A stretch of DNA of 45,912 nucleotides, taken from positions 1 through 45,912 of the IMG/VR virus record IMGVR_UViG_3300045988_103468; one strand, given 5' to 3'. The stretch's first letter is position 1. Each line of letters starts with the position of its first letter. The notes under the pieces were generated by a model that saw only the letters and a program-made list of their open reading frames with translations, searched no databases and had not been told where the DNA came from. Below, in pieces: positions 16,463 through 26,941 of this stretch. Made by a program: the position numbers and the translations under genes. The DNA comes from a virus.

Positions 16463-18589
16463 TTATGGTTCCTGCGAGACCTCGACATCGTAGGCCGTGG
16501 TCTCGCTCGCTTCTATGTTGTGCCACTGCATCGAGATCGTCCCCTTGCGCAAGTCACCCGTCTCGTTCTTCGAGACGGCCAGGGCACGTCCCTCGCCCAC
16601 CGCCACCGTGCCCGGGATGTCCCCGGTGATGGTGCTGCTGCCCACAGCCCGACTGATGTCCGAAGCCGAACCGTTGATGGTCAGATAATAGTCCGGGACA
16701 ACAACTTCTTTTATAGCCTGCAACTGGATCAGCTGGCACTCGCATATGCCGTTTTCGCCTGTTTCTACCGAATACAGGCCATATGTCTGCCCGAATTGAC
16801 CTATGTATATGGGTTTTGTATAATCAAGGTTATGCAGATCTATGGCTGTTAACTTGGCCTTTACTGTTATGAGCCGAAGTTTGTCCACGGCTTTCTGGTA
16901 CCCGCTGTATTTCTTTGCGACGATCCCGTTCTCACCACCAAAGCGCATATTTTCTCCGAAATATCCGAACCAGTATAACCCCGTGCTCGTATCGTCAATG
17001 ATGGCTTGCAGGATTCGCGCCGAGGGTTCGTTGTAGTCCACTGTTTTCCCGTCGTCGGATGTCGTATACATAGGAATGCGGGCACACAGCGCATTGGCAT
17101 CCGATGCAAGTGGGGCATTTTCGGACGCTGAGAATGGAAGCTCCACGAGTTCGTTCTCCTTGTCGATGTTAACATTCTCGATCCGTATTTCCCCGGCGGT
17201 GTCCGTGATCACATCGTCGTCGTTGTCATAATCGAGCGTGTTTTTCTGTGCCAGGTCATCGAGCGAAAATATGGAAGATTCCGGGCGGCTGACATCATGC
17301 CGATCATTAAGGATGACTTTGCGGCTCCAGTCTATTGTGCCTCCGTTTGTGAGTTTGGCGTAAATGTCATCTACGCTTATGAGTTTGATTGTATCCGGGG
17401 CGTCCTTATCCGGGTATGCGAACAGTCCGGCCATAGACATCAAGGCCGAGAGGAAATCTCCCTGCGAAATATCGGGTAGATTTACAGCAATTGGGAAAAT
17501 AGAGGGAAAATTCACTTCTTCGCGAGGGTAGGCATAAAAAGATATATCTCCGCTAAAATCGACAGGCTTTGTGTGTTTTACTACAATTACAATATACCCA
17601 CTCTTCGGAACCTTGTCTTGCGGGATATCAATATTAGTGTCGCAATATATATATATTCGGTCGCTTTCCTGCATTCCACTAAAACCTATATTTGCAATGC
17701 TGGTGTTATAATCGTCAGAAGATGCAATGTATATCTTTAGACCGCGCATGTCTTCAATATTTGAGGAACGAAGGAACCCGGAGATTTGTATTACCATACT
17801 GACGCCTTGGGCATTCTTAACATCAAAATATTCTCCGCTCACATATTCGGGATGCTGAGTAGGTGCAGCGCCTTTTAAGATAGTATGCCCATTGAATGTT
17901 GTTTGCGACAGTTTGCATATTGTTGTTTCCGCTTTTCCACTTTCCTCATTTCCGTTTTTTGACACCAAAGGAAGCAATAAAGGATGCGTAAGTCCTCCAT
18001 ACAGTCTTTCTTTGCCGTCGATGGTGATGCCATTGTACCGCTCAATAGCCGTAAGTACATCTTGCACTTCGATAGACGGATGCATGTATTCGGAGTTGGC
18101 GATACCTTGCCCGAAATCAATGCCGAAGAATCCCATCTGCGGCCTCTCATATCCATACTCCAAGAGTGCCGATGCGCTGTTCCATGGTATCGACCCTATG
18201 TTCATGGAATAGAGCGTTTGTGCCAGGTCGCGCAAATTTGCATCGAACAAGGGCTGGAAGTTGTCGACATTTCCCCACGTAAGAACCACACTTATTACGT
18301 CCGAAATCTCCGTAATAACGGCGTATCCGGATGTGAACAACGGTACTCCTTCCTGATACAATCTTGCCGGAAGCTTCACATAGGGTGCATCCGTATAGAT
18401 GTCGGTGCGTTCCGCATAGCCTATGGCCTTGCGGTTCTTCGGCGTCAGCGGTAAGTCTATATTGTACGACCTATTGGACTGTATGATGTCCAGTCCTGAA
18501 AATATCGGGCTTTGATATACCAAGGATATATAGTTGTCGCTGGACAGATCGCACAGGATGTCGTTTATGTATAGTTCGTAGTAGGTCAT
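16463..18589 (-). CDS. Large virion structural protein (tail/baseplate-associated by position)
   Basis: 708-aa ORF. No motif recognised. Confidence 0.65.
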   Translation of the reverse strand: MTYYELYINDILCDLSSDNYISLVYQSPIFSGLDIIQSNRSYNIDLPLTPKNRKAIGYAERTDIYTDAPYVKLPARLYQEGVPLFTSGYAVITEISDVISVVLTWGNVDNFQPLFDANLRDLAQTLYSMNIGSIPWNSASALLEYGYERPQMGFFGIDFGQGIANSEYMHPSIEVQDVLTAIERYNGITIDGKERLYGGLTHPLLLPLVSKNGNEESGKAETTICKLSQTTFNGHTILKGAAPTQHPEYVSGEYFDVKNAQGVSMVIQISGFLRSSNIEDMRGLKIYIASSDDYNTSIANIGFSGMQESDRIYIYCDTNIDIPQDKVPKSGYIVIVVKHTKPVDFSGDISFYAYPREEVNFPSIFPIAVNLPDISQGDFLSALMSMAGLFAYPDKDAPDTIKLISVDDIYAKLTNGGTIDWSRKVILNDRHDVSRPESSIFSLDDLAQKNTLDYDNDDDVITDTAGEIRIENVNIDKENELVELPFSASENAPLASDANALCARIPMYTTSDDGKTVDYNEPSARILQAIIDDTSTGLYWFGYFGENMRFGGENGIVAKKYSGYQKAVDKLRLITVKAKLTAIDLHNLDYTKPIYIGQFGQTYGLYSVETGENGICECQLIQLQAIKEVVVPDYYLTINGSASDISRAVGSSTITGDIPGTVAVGEGRALAVSKNETGDLRKGTISMQWHNIEASETTAYDVEVSQEP

Positions 18590-19608
18590 ACGTTATAGGT
18601 CTTATCGGTAATTTCTACGACTAAATCTTTAAAATAAGCGCCGTTATCTTCGGCTTCTCCCTCCTCTATACTACACCGGCGCCATTGCTCCGTTGCGCTG
18701 TCGTAGTAGCTTATGTCGCGCCCGGCGAGGATGGATTTACACAGGTCGTATATATCCTGATCTACAAGGCGACTATGCAGCGTGTATGTCTTTGTGAGTA
18801 TCTTACTTTGGGCTTCATACGGTTGCAGGTTCTCATTCAGTAGTGAATAGGCATCCTGGATAGATATTTCGTCCCTCGCCGTCTCTATACTCCACCGATA
18901 TATGTAAGGGATGCCGCCTTTATCCGTCCATTTGACAAGCATCCCATCGGTACACCTATCTATCTCGATGGGAAATTGAAAGGTGTTGGCAAGGTTGGGG
19001 TTATAGACGCTTATCTCAACATACGTATCCCCATCCCATCTTACCGTCGATGGATTGAACTCCGCAAACGGTTTCGAGGACATGCCACTGGTGACGATGA
19101 CCCCATTCTCTGTTTCCACCTCTATTTGCTCTGTCGTGAGCTTGGGGATAAAGATGGATTGGGTTATGTTGAACCCGGGGTATACCACGATTTTCCTGGC
19201 GGAAGGGTAGTTGGTTACATCTCCCGCGGCGGCATTCTGTGCCCAGATAGGGATTATTTCTTTTTCACAGGTGCCGATAAGAATAGTATTGAGCGTGTGA
19301 GTGGCTGATCCATCGCCAAACTCAACTATGAGCACCACATTGTTTATGAATGTTGCCGAATAGTCCGCGGCCAGCGATTCCAATATTGCCGTCAAGGGGA
19401 AAACAACGGATTTTCCTACTCCCGATACATTTCTGGATAGGACTATTGATGTTGCTCCATATGATATTCGCAGCTTCACTTCTGTGCCGTAGTCCGGATC
19501 TATGGCTGTGGCTGTAAATCGCACGAAGGTGGATTTCTCCCGTGTGAAGCATATATCATTGGGAAAATCTGCGGTGCCTCCTGTACCGGACAATGTATAT
19601 CGGATCAT
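18586..19608 (-). CDS. Virion structural protein (position only)
   Basis: 340-aa ORF with an ATGA overlap at both ends. Confidence 0.65.
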   Translation of the reverse strand: MIRYTLSGTGGTADFPNDICFTREKSTFVRFTATAIDPDYGTEVKLRISYGATSIVLSRNVSGVGKSVVFPLTAILESLAADYSATFINNVVLIVEFGDGSATHTLNTILIGTCEKEIIPIWAQNAAAGDVTNYPSARKIVVYPGFNITQSIFIPKLTTEQIEVETENGVIVTSGMSSKPFAEFNPSTVRWDGDTYVEISVYNPNLANTFQFPIEIDRCTDGMLVKWTDKGGIPYIYRWSIETARDEISIQDAYSLLNENLQPYEAQSKILTKTYTLHSRLVDQDIYDLCKSILAGRDISYYDSATEQWRRCSIEEGEAEDNGAYFKDLVVEITDKTYNV

Positions 19609-20171
19609 AGTTCTATTGTTGTTTCGAGCATTTCGTATATGGATGTGTCGATCACTTCCGTAATTCTTTTGTCGATGTTATCCACGGTTTGCGGCAACAG
19701 GTCTTTGATAATCTCGGTGCCCCCTCCCGAGCGGTACAAGATGCTGCCTTCCTCCCACAGCTTCTTGGCCGCCCAATATGCGTCGATGCTTTTGAATTCC
19801 AATCCATAGCGTGCCTCTTTGTCGCGTGCCCATTGCTTTATGTTCTGATAGAAACTTTCGAAGCTTCCGAATTCTTCTTGTGCATCCTGCGGAGAGTTAC
19901 CCTCGTCTATATTCTTGATGTTATGCCGTCCCACAAACGAGACCGTGAACCCTCTGGCATTGCTTTCCACTTGCGACGCCATACTATCTGCCGTAGCGCC
20001 GGTAGTCTCTTCCGGGACATTCAGGGAGTTCACATTTTTACCGCTGTTTGTGCGTTTTGTTTGCAGATTTATTGTCACCTGCTCTTTAAGGGTGCTGAAT
20101 TCCTCGTTACAGATGGCAACCAGCTTTTCAGGGCTGAAAAAGTTCTCTATCTTCGATATGTCCATCAGCAA
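19605..20171 (-). CDS. Hypothetical structural-module protein
   Basis: 188-aa ORF coupled to its neighbours. Confidence 0.6.
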   Translation of the reverse strand: MLMDISKIENFFSPEKLVAICNEEFSTLKEQVTINLQTKRTNSGKNVNSLNVPEETTGATADSMASQVESNARGFTVSFVGRHNIKNIDEGNSPQDAQEEFGSFESFYQNIKQWARDKEARYGLEFKSIDAYWAAKKLWEEGSILYRSGGGTEIIKDLLPQTVDNIDKRITEVIDTSIYEMLETTIEL

Positions 20172-20578
20172 ACATTGTATGTAAGGACGAGTTTTGCCTC
20201 TACACCCGCGGCCAGGGCATCCAGTTTTTCAACCACTCCTTGCAGGCTTTCAACCTGCACCTCTATCCCATTTCGACGCAGGTTGTCGATTAATGAAAAC
20301 GCCATTTGCTCCATGCGATCCGCAATGGGGGCTGCTTCAGTCTGTGTATCCGGCTCTGGCTTCCCGAGTGCATCGAGAAAGTAAAGCGTTGTCCTACGAC
20401 GACGCCTGTTTGTCAGGTTAGTTTCGTATATCGGCTCCTGGAACAGCCGCAGCATTACGGGGTACTCTTTGACGTAATCCAGCAGGTAATTCGCCTCTTT
20501 GATCCTGGCATATAGGCATGTGTTGACGCCGCACTCTTTGGCAGCATCTTCGAATATTTTACTGAGGCTCTTTCTCAT
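20165..20578 (-). CDS. Hypothetical structural-module protein
   Basis: 137-aa ORF coupled to its neighbours. Confidence 0.6.
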   Translation of the reverse strand: MRKSLSKIFEDAAKECGVNTCLYARIKEANYLLDYVKEYPVMLRLFQEPIYETNLTNRRRRRTTLYFLDALGKPEPDTQTEAAPIADRMEQMAFSLIDNLRRNGIEVQVESLQGVVEKLDALAAGVEAKLVLTYNVC

Positions 20579-21240
20579 CGTCTGCGACTTTTGGATGGTT
20601 TGGGCTTGTTCATCTGAGCGAGCTTGCGTTGTGCCATGTTTTTGTCCCTCTCGGCTTCATATGCAAGGTATACGGTCGACCACCTCAGGTGCCATACATC
20701 GCTTGGCTGAATAGCACCCCCTACAAGCTGGCAGTATCCTAAGCATATTGTACTCATGCCCCGGTTCTTGCGTTGTACTTGTGCGTTTGCTTCTTGTGGC
20801 GTCAGGGGCATTTCGAGCTTTTTCCACGCCTTTGCTACGCCTTTGAGTTCGTTTTGTATTTCAATGAAATAGCGATAAGCGCGAATGAATTGTAGTTCGA
20901 GCACCTTTTCTCGGGCAATATCGTATCCTGCTCCCTCCCAGTCAATGCGTTTTGATCCTTTCCCCTTTGGGCTTATTAAACCCAGCATGACGGCCAGAAC
21001 CTTTACGAAATACTCGTCGGTGGCCTCGATCCTTTCTATGGCGTTCAATTCACCCATCGTTATACCTGCGACGCTTCGGGCCTCGTGCTTCTTCCATCCG
21101 AATATGCGACGTTTTTCCTTAACATAGTCAGGCTTGGGTAATGCCGCAATAGATTCGTATATTCGTTTATTGCCGATACCGAATAAGGTGCCGTTCTTTA
21201 TAATTACTTTCCTGATGGTATCGTTGGGTGATATTTTCAT
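20575..21240 (-). CDS. Hypothetical structural-module protein
   Basis: 221-aa ORF with a basic C-terminus (KPKPSKSRRR). Confidence 0.6.
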   Translation of the reverse strand: MKISPNDTIRKVIIKNGTLFGIGNKRIYESIAALPKPDYVKEKRRIFGWKKHEARSVAGITMGELNAIERIEATDEYFVKVLAVMLGLISPKGKGSKRIDWEGAGYDIAREKVLELQFIRAYRYFIEIQNELKGVAKAWKKLEMPLTPQEANAQVQRKNRGMSTICLGYCQLVGGAIQPSDVWHLRWSTVYLAYEAERDKNMAQRKLAQMNKPKPSKSRRR

Positions 21241-21719
21241 AATCCAAACCTGTTTATCTTTTCAAAAATATCCGACGAATAATCCGGCTTTACGTCTGTT
21301 TCGCCGCATAGCGAGCCTGCCAGTTGATGACACTCGTCGACCATCTCGTTCCATAGGGGCACAAGTCTGTACCACGGGGAGGCGGCACGGCTGTTGTCAG
21401 TCATTTTGATTTTCTCGCCAGCCATCGTATTGAAGGCAACATGTTCTCGCAGGTAATAGAAATAGACATACTTAGCGATGGGAGACTGTTTTGTGTCTGT
21501 ATTTGCTATTTTTGCGGCTATTTCAGGATATTTGTCGATATTCTCAGCCACATATATTCCAAGGAGCATCCGAAGGAATTTAGGCTCATACCTGCGTATG
21601 CAACTCTCGACATTCCGTACAATCTCCTGTGCGGCGCCAGTCGGGGTGCATCCGCTTTTGACGTCTATTCCCGCAATATATGTGGGATCCTGTTCGAAGT
21701 ATGTATAGTCTATAAGCAT
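21237..21719 (-). CDS. Head-tail joining / head completion candidate (position only)
   Basis: 160-aa ORF, the first gene after the capsid terminator. Confidence 0.55.
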   Translation of the reverse strand: MLIDYTYFEQDPTYIAGIDVKSGCTPTGAAQEIVRNVESCIRRYEPKFLRMLLGIYVAENIDKYPEIAAKIANTDTKQSPIAKYVYFYYLREHVAFNTMAGEKIKMTDNSRAASPWYRLVPLWNEMVDECHQLAGSLCGETDVKPDYSSDIFEKINRFGL

Positions 21720-21721
21720 AA

Positions 21722-21754
21722 GAAAAAAGGGGAGACGCTTTCCGGCGCCTCCCC
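21722..21754 (-). terminator. Intrinsic terminator after the capsid gene pair
   Basis: Minus strand GGGGAGGCGC-CGGAAA-GCGTCTCCCC (10 bp with one mismatch), followed by TTTTTTCT. Confidence 0.75.
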
Positions 21755-21760
21755 GCCTTG

Positions 21761-21928
21761 TTAGTTGGCAACTTTGGTCTTGTACGTGGCTTTGCCCGAT
21801 TTCACAAGCGTTTCGGCATGCAAGGGCGACACGTTGTACTCTTTGCCTTTCTCGGGCATATAGATAGACTTGCCTGTGCTTACGATAGTTACCCTCTTGG
21901 TGAGGTCGATCTTCTTCATATCTTCCAT
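21761..21928 (-). CDS. 55-aa protein immediately after the major capsid gene
   Basis: Translated by hand: MEDMKKIDLTKRVTIVSTGKSIYMPEKGKEYNVSPLHAETLVKSGKATYKTKVAN. Followed directly by the terminator. Confidence 0.5.
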   Translation of the reverse strand: MEDMKKIDLTKRVTIVSTGKSIYMPEKGKEYNVSPLHAETLVKSGKATYKTKVAN

Positions 21929-21952
21929 GTTGTTGTTCGTTTAAGTTAATGA

Positions 21953-23158
21953 CTATGCTGCTGCCTCGGCGGTTTTCTCCAGGGCGGCCTGTACGGTTGC
22001 GAAGTCGTCGTAGATGACAGACCCGGCGTCGATGGAGTTCTGGTATGAGTGAAGGCGCATTTCGGCGATCACCGTCACCATGTTGTGGCTGAAATCGTCG
22101 CCGTCACGGCCCCATTCCAGTCGCAGAGCGCGGTAGGGACGAACTTTCCAGCGCGAGGAATCCATCAGCAGGAACTTACCTGCGGGAATGTTGGTGGTTT
22201 CTACAACGGAGATGTTGCCGATGATCTTGCGCATCTCGTCAGTCAGGTAATGCCCGGCGGTATCTTTCGTTACGTCGAAGATCGCCTTGTCGGTCGGATG
22301 AAGGAAGAGAACGTCGGGAGAGAAATGCAGCAGGCGAAGTTGCAGAACGCCAGCGCGCACAACGTCGGCAATGTTGGGCATGGAGATTTTCCCGTTGAGC
22401 TCCGTAATGGTATAGCCAGGGGCTTTTGTTGTTACGCCGAGGATCTCGTTTCCGGTGCCGGTTCCTGCGATAACCTTCTCTTCCACGGTCTGCATCAAGT
22501 CTTGACGCAGCAGGGTGTTCACCTCCCCGCGGATGAAATCCGCATCTTCGAGGATTTCCGTCGAGAGCTTTGCGCGAACGGCAACCTTCTTTGCCGTAGA
22601 CGTCTCCTCCTCGTATCCCCAGCTCATAAGGGGCTTGAGAGTTCCTTCGGCGATGAATGCCGAGCCGCCGTCGGGGTCTTTACGGTTGATCCACTTAATG
22701 GTGGAGGAGCTTGTGGTGCCTTTCTGCAAGCGGGGCAGGATCGCATTCGGCTCGGTAGCCGCTGCTGCAATGCCCGGCACGACTTCGGTGTTGAATGCCG
22801 CGATGGGGACAGCGGCCGTCGTGGTCGTCATGGCTGCTGCCTCGGCCTTCATCTCGATCTCGATACTTACCGTGCGGCCGCCCTTTACGGCGTCGATGTT
22901 CTCTTTCCCTGAGAAGAATGCCTTGATCTTCTCCTGCGCTTCATTCTCGGATGAAACGGTGGATTTCTGCATGAGGCTGATGGTGCGCCCTTGCTCTTTG
23001 ATTATCTCCCGGATCTCGTCGATGGATTTCGTTTGATCGAGAGCGTCTACTTTGTCTTCGATAGCCTTCATTTTGGCCTCGAAGTCTGCTTTGCCGATAA
23101 GCCCCGACTTGTATTCATCGAGTATTCCTTTCAGCTCTTTCTTGATGTCGTCGTTCAT
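21953..23158 (-). CDS. Major capsid protein (HK97-fold family)
   Basis: 401 aa with an N-terminal coiled-coil delta-domain-like region. Follows a prohead protease. Size and order are typical of this family. Confidence 0.85.
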   Translation of the reverse strand: MNDDIKKELKGILDEYKSGLIGKADFEAKMKAIEDKVDALDQTKSIDEIREIIKEQGRTISLMQKSTVSSENEAQEKIKAFFSGKENIDAVKGGRTVSIEIEMKAEAAAMTTTTAAVPIAAFNTEVVPGIAAAATEPNAILPRLQKGTTSSSTIKWINRKDPDGGSAFIAEGTLKPLMSWGYEEETSTAKKVAVRAKLSTEILEDADFIRGEVNTLLRQDLMQTVEEKVIAGTGTGNEILGVTTKAPGYTITELNGKISMPNIADVVRAGVLQLRLLHFSPDVLFLHPTDKAIFDVTKDTAGHYLTDEMRKIIGNISVVETTNIPAGKFLLMDSSRWKVRPYRALRLEWGRDGDDFSHNMVTVIAEMRLHSYQNSIDAGSVIYDDFATVQAALEKTAEAAA

Positions 23159-23170
23159 GTGTGAATTGGT

Positions 23171-23848
23171 TTAGTTAAACAATGTTTTTCTGACTATTTC
23201 GATGATTTCAGTGTCATCCGAAGATTTGTTGCCCAGGATGTTTAGGGCGCTTTTGAGGCTGTTGCAAAGTGCTTCAATCCTGTTTCCTCCTGCTTCCGAA
23301 AGGTCGCATTTGCGCAGGATGTTGTTGAGCTCTTCTTGATAGGCAATGATGTCCTCTACGCTTTGCAAGCCCTTGACGTCAAGAGCTGGGGTGAAGGGAT
23401 TGCAGCCTGCGAACACGGTGCTGTACTCATACTTGAGCTGCAGCTCCGCGATGTCATCTCCCGCAATAGCATCGTTGTGGTTCTTGTTGAGAACCCGGTA
23501 GCAGTAGGAGTGTTCGACATCTCGTTTCTCGTCTGCGCAATGCTTATAGTACTCGAATATATCATGCCCAGCGGCCTTACCGAGTATGAGTTTGCTCTCG
23601 ACGAGGGCATATTCATCTGTTTCCCATGCTTTTCGAGGCGTCCCAACAACATGATCCAAGTCTTGTTTGTGGTCGATGCAGTGTTTGATCCGGGACATAT
23701 CTGCAAACGACTTAGTAAACGCCCCTTTGCGCACAATGTCTTCTGCATGATCCTCTTCGTTGAACTTTGATATGGCAATGACAACAACGCCCTGATCGCG
23801 TTTGATGTCGTCTATACTTCCCTTGAATGATTTTATTCTGTCTTCCAT
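23171..23848 (-). CDS. Prohead (HK97-family) maturation protease
   Basis: 225 aa. The N-terminal pattern GVVVIAISKFNEEDHAEDIVRKGAFTKSF is typical of the S78 family. Lies between the portal and capsid genes. Confidence 0.8.
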   Translation of the reverse strand: MEDRIKSFKGSIDDIKRDQGVVVIAISKFNEEDHAEDIVRKGAFTKSFADMSRIKHCIDHKQDLDHVVGTPRKAWETDEYALVESKLILGKAAGHDIFEYYKHCADEKRDVEHSYCYRVLNKNHNDAIAGDDIAELQLKYEYSTVFAGCNPFTPALDVKGLQSVEDIIAYQEELNNILRKCDLSEAGGNRIEALCNSLKSALNILGNKSSDDTEIIEIVRKTLFN

Positions 23849-23849
23849 A

Positions 23850-25082
23850 TTAGATTTGATATTTTAATAGTTCGCTTCTACCTTCCTCTGGTGTCATTAT
23901 CCCTAATTGTATGGCGGCTCCGATATAATTTACGGCGCTGTTCATACATTCCGCCTGGTCTTTCTTCGAGGGCTGGAACATTTCCAGATGGTCGAAGAAC
24001 GGCATGAATCCGAATCCTGTGAAGCCGTATATCTTGTTGAGCACGCGCATTATATTTTGTGCAGAAGGAATAATGTCATTCACGTAGAATTCGATCTTGG
24101 CCTCTCCGAAATTGCTGTAGGTGCTACCTTCTACGTCGAGCAGAATGCTGGGCACCTGATATGTATAAGCGATGTCTTTCTTGCAGTTGCGCTGAATGTC
24201 TGTAAGTCCGAGGTCGGAAATAGTGGACGACACAGGGACAAAGGATGCCTTGTATGACGTAATGGCGATCTTGCATTTGTTGCGCATGATCCCGTATTTG
24301 TCCAATTGCTCACGGAGCGCTTCCTTGTCCTCTTTGGTGGCTGGCACGATATTATCGACCATCGGATCATCTGACATGAGGGAGAGAATGCCGAGCATAC
24401 CTCGGTTGACAAGCAATTCGTTTACGGCTTGGTAGGAGGCCAGGAAAGTGTTGACAGGGTACTTGAGGGCGACAAGCCGTGAAGTAGCGCCCCCAATCTT
24501 GTTAAGCGCGTAAGTTACGTCGTTTACAACGAACATCTCCTCTTTGGGGATCGTCAGGTTTATCCCACCCCCAAGGTTTATGGTGTAATCACGGATGTCG
24601 GAGTTGGGTGCAAACGAAGATATGGAGGATGGCGCCTCGTTTTCCGTAACCATGAGGTTAGGTATTACATACAATTCGAAATCACCCTTAATACCTACCA
24701 AAGGCACCTTCACTATGTAAGCCTTGCCGAATATCTGAGAAAAGAACTCGATCATGCAAACGAATTCCGAAAGGGTTTGGTAGGGATTGGGGTGGTTAAT
24801 CCGCTCGAACTCACGCGGCTTTTCAATATCTTCCCCTTTGTCGTCTTTCGCCCAATACCGGGCGTCCGATATGGCAGATACTTTCTTCGTGATGATAGAA
24901 GCTAAAATAGAGCATGACGCGAATGCGCGCGCCTGCCCGTCCGGTGTGGAGGTGTCGATAAACTCATCCTTCGTCCCGAGCAGATTTTGCCAGTCCCGCA
25001 GGTCTATGTATAGGCTTTGCTGTGGGTCTCCGGTCTTTTCGGAACATTTAGACATCTTTATTTCGTATCCAAGGAGTTTCAT
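23850..25082 (-). CDS. Portal protein
   Basis: Start set to MKLLGYEI (ATGA overlap with the terminase stop). About 410 aa, between the terminase and the protease. Confidence 0.8.
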   Translation of the reverse strand: MKLLGYEIKMSKCSEKTGDPQQSLYIDLRDWQNLLGTKDEFIDTSTPDGQARAFASCSILASIITKKVSAISDARYWAKDDKGEDIEKPREFERINHPNPYQTLSEFVCMIEFFSQIFGKAYIVKVPLVGIKGDFELYVIPNLMVTENEAPSSISSFAPNSDIRDYTINLGGGINLTIPKEEMFVVNDVTYALNKIGGATSRLVALKYPVNTFLASYQAVNELLVNRGMLGILSLMSDDPMVDNIVPATKEDKEALREQLDKYGIMRNKCKIAITSYKASFVPVSSTISDLGLTDIQRNCKKDIAYTYQVPSILLDVEGSTYSNFGEAKIEFYVNDIIPSAQNIMRVLNKIYGFTGFGFMPFFDHLEMFQPSKKDQAECMNSAVNYIGAAIQLGIMTPEEGRSELLKYQI

Positions 25083-26308
25083 GCGGCAATATGATTGCGG
25101 AATGCAGTCATCACGACGTATCGGGCTGCATCCCAAAGGTGATTATTCTTGTCTACGGGTTTATTTATCGCCAGCCCGTTTATAGAATCCCACACATAGG
25201 TATTGGCTTCGTTTTTCATGTTCTTGGTCTTGACGCAGTGGATGCGGAAGTTTTTCATGTAGGATATACCGATGGTTATACTATCCTGGAATTTCTTGGC
25301 CTTGATTACATTCAACCCCCGAAGTTGAAGGGAACGCACCATGCCTTCCGGATTCTTGGCGTATTTATCCGCGCTATCTGCTATGGCATATCCGTGTTTA
25401 CCGAGAATTGGGGCCACGATGTTATACAATACCTCGGGATCGTCTACGGGCGAATAAAAGCGTTCATGCAGATATAAGTCACGCCCTCGCACTCCGACAT
25501 GAATAATAGCCGTCGGATCATTTGTGAAGCCGAAGTCGATGCCATAGGCTGTATATTCCAAATCGTCCGGGAAACTGTCGATCCAGTCTATATTGGGGAA
25601 TATTAATCCTTCCTGCGCCGCGCGCTCCCCGAGACCGTATACCTTCCATCTGAATTCGTCGGCGGTTCCTGCTGCGATATTTTCCGGCGTGGGCTCGTAA
25701 CTTTCGATAGTCCTGCGTACGCTGTCAGGGCAGAAAGGATTGTCCTTGTAGGTTGTTTTGGTGAATATGGTATCCGGCTGCCCTTCAAGCTCAAAAACCC
25801 AGTGTTCCGTATATTTGGGGTTCCAGTCGCCAATAATCATGGTTGTACAACGCATCGTGATATTATTGAACTGCGCCGGCGATATGTCGTCCAACATTTC
25901 GTTGAAGTATATGATGTCGCAGTCGTGCCCCTCCTTCACATCCATCTTATCAAGCCCACGGAACCGGATGATGCTGTCGCCTATGTGGTATTCGGGGAGT
26001 ATCTTCTCGCTATACATGCTGTCGGGATCATATATCCCGCGGCATTGTAGTTTCTTCTTGAAGTCTCCCAATGCCTTTTCCTTGCAGTCTTGCAATGTGG
26101 AGCGGTAGACATAGATTTTATATGCACCATCACCCGCAGCACAGATGTCATACAGGAAGTCGAAGGTGTCGAAAGTCTTCCCCGAACGGGAACTCCCCTC
26201 GTTGAATATGCGTAGTACGACGCCTTTATTGCGGTACTTGCGGAAGAAGTACAGCATGATCTTGTAGACCTTGCCCCGATATGTGCGTGCATCAAGCTCC
26301 ATTTTCAT
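25079..26308 (-). CDS. terL: Terminase large subunit
   Basis: Walker A-like GSSRSGKT and a C-terminal nuclease-like region. The start is ambiguous: Met1 26359, Met18 26308 or Met20 26302. Confidence 0.85.
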   Translation of the reverse strand: MKMELDARTYRGKVYKIMLYFFRKYRNKGVVLRIFNEGSSRSGKTFDTFDFLYDICAAGDGAYKIYVYRSTLQDCKEKALGDFKKKLQCRGIYDPDSMYSEKILPEYHIGDSIIRFRGLDKMDVKEGHDCDIIYFNEMLDDISPAQFNNITMRCTTMIIGDWNPKYTEHWVFELEGQPDTIFTKTTYKDNPFCPDSVRRTIESYEPTPENIAAGTADEFRWKVYGLGERAAQEGLIFPNIDWIDSFPDDLEYTAYGIDFGFTNDPTAIIHVGVRGRDLYLHERFYSPVDDPEVLYNIVAPILGKHGYAIADSADKYAKNPEGMVRSLQLRGLNVIKAKKFQDSITIGISYMKNFRIHCVKTKNMKNEANTYVWDSINGLAINKPVDKNNHLWDAARYVVMTAFRNHIAA

Positions 26309-26807
26309 TCGTGCTTTGTTTGCCGATGGACTGGATGATAGATGCAGCTTCCGGATCAAGTATGACTTGTACCGTCTCCCGAGGCTTGTTGATGCTCTCG
26401 CCGTTGGTGGTTATATCCTGTTTGTCGGCGAGTTTGAGAACACGTGTAATGACGCCGGAATCGTATATGCCAGCTATTGCGCCCGACAATTGATCGGCTT
26501 CAATTTCTTCGCGCACGCGCGCAATGATGTGGAAAAACTCCTCCCTTTTGCCGTAATCAAAAAATGTGTCACGGAGTATTCCCGCATATACACAGAACCC
26601 AACAATAGTTTTAGGACGTTGGAGTTCGAGGTCTACAAGGCCATGTTTTGTGGGCACTTGTTTTATGATTGGATTGTTCTTTGTCCAATTGGCATATTCC
26701 TCAAACTTGACTTCGAGAGCTTCAGGTGTATATACGCAAGGACGGCCCACTTTGCGGGTGGGCTTGATGGTGTCGTTCGCCTTTGTGTCTTTTACACTCT
26801 TTGCCAT
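26292..26807 (-). CDS. terS: Terminase small subunit
   Basis: 171 aa. The N-terminal KVGRPCVYTPEALEVKFEEY pattern is typical of small terminases. Overlaps terL. Confidence 0.75.
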   Translation of the reverse strand: MAKSVKDTKANDTIKPTRKVGRPCVYTPEALEVKFEEYANWTKNNPIIKQVPTKHGLVDLELQRPKTIVGFCVYAGILRDTFFDYGKREEFFHIIARVREEIEADQLSGAIAGIYDSGVITRVLKLADKQDITTNGESINKPRETVQVILDPEAASIIQSIGKQSTNENGA

Positions 26808-26905
26808 AAATGAAGGTCTGCCGACGGATGCGCCAACAGACCTTCTGCTACGATAGCAATGTACTTTCGATGTTCGGCCGTTGCCTGCATCCTCACAGGC
26901 TTACA

Positions 26906-26941
26906 ATGCAAAGATTTCGACGGATATTTAAATAACAATGG
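26906..26941 (-). promoter_or_regulatory. Conserved 36-nt motif, copy 1 (candidate late promoter/activator site)
   Basis: ATGCAAAGATTTCGACGGATATTTAAATAACAATGG, 98 nt upstream of the terS ATG on the minus strand. See copy 2 at 13970-14005. Confidence 0.5.
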
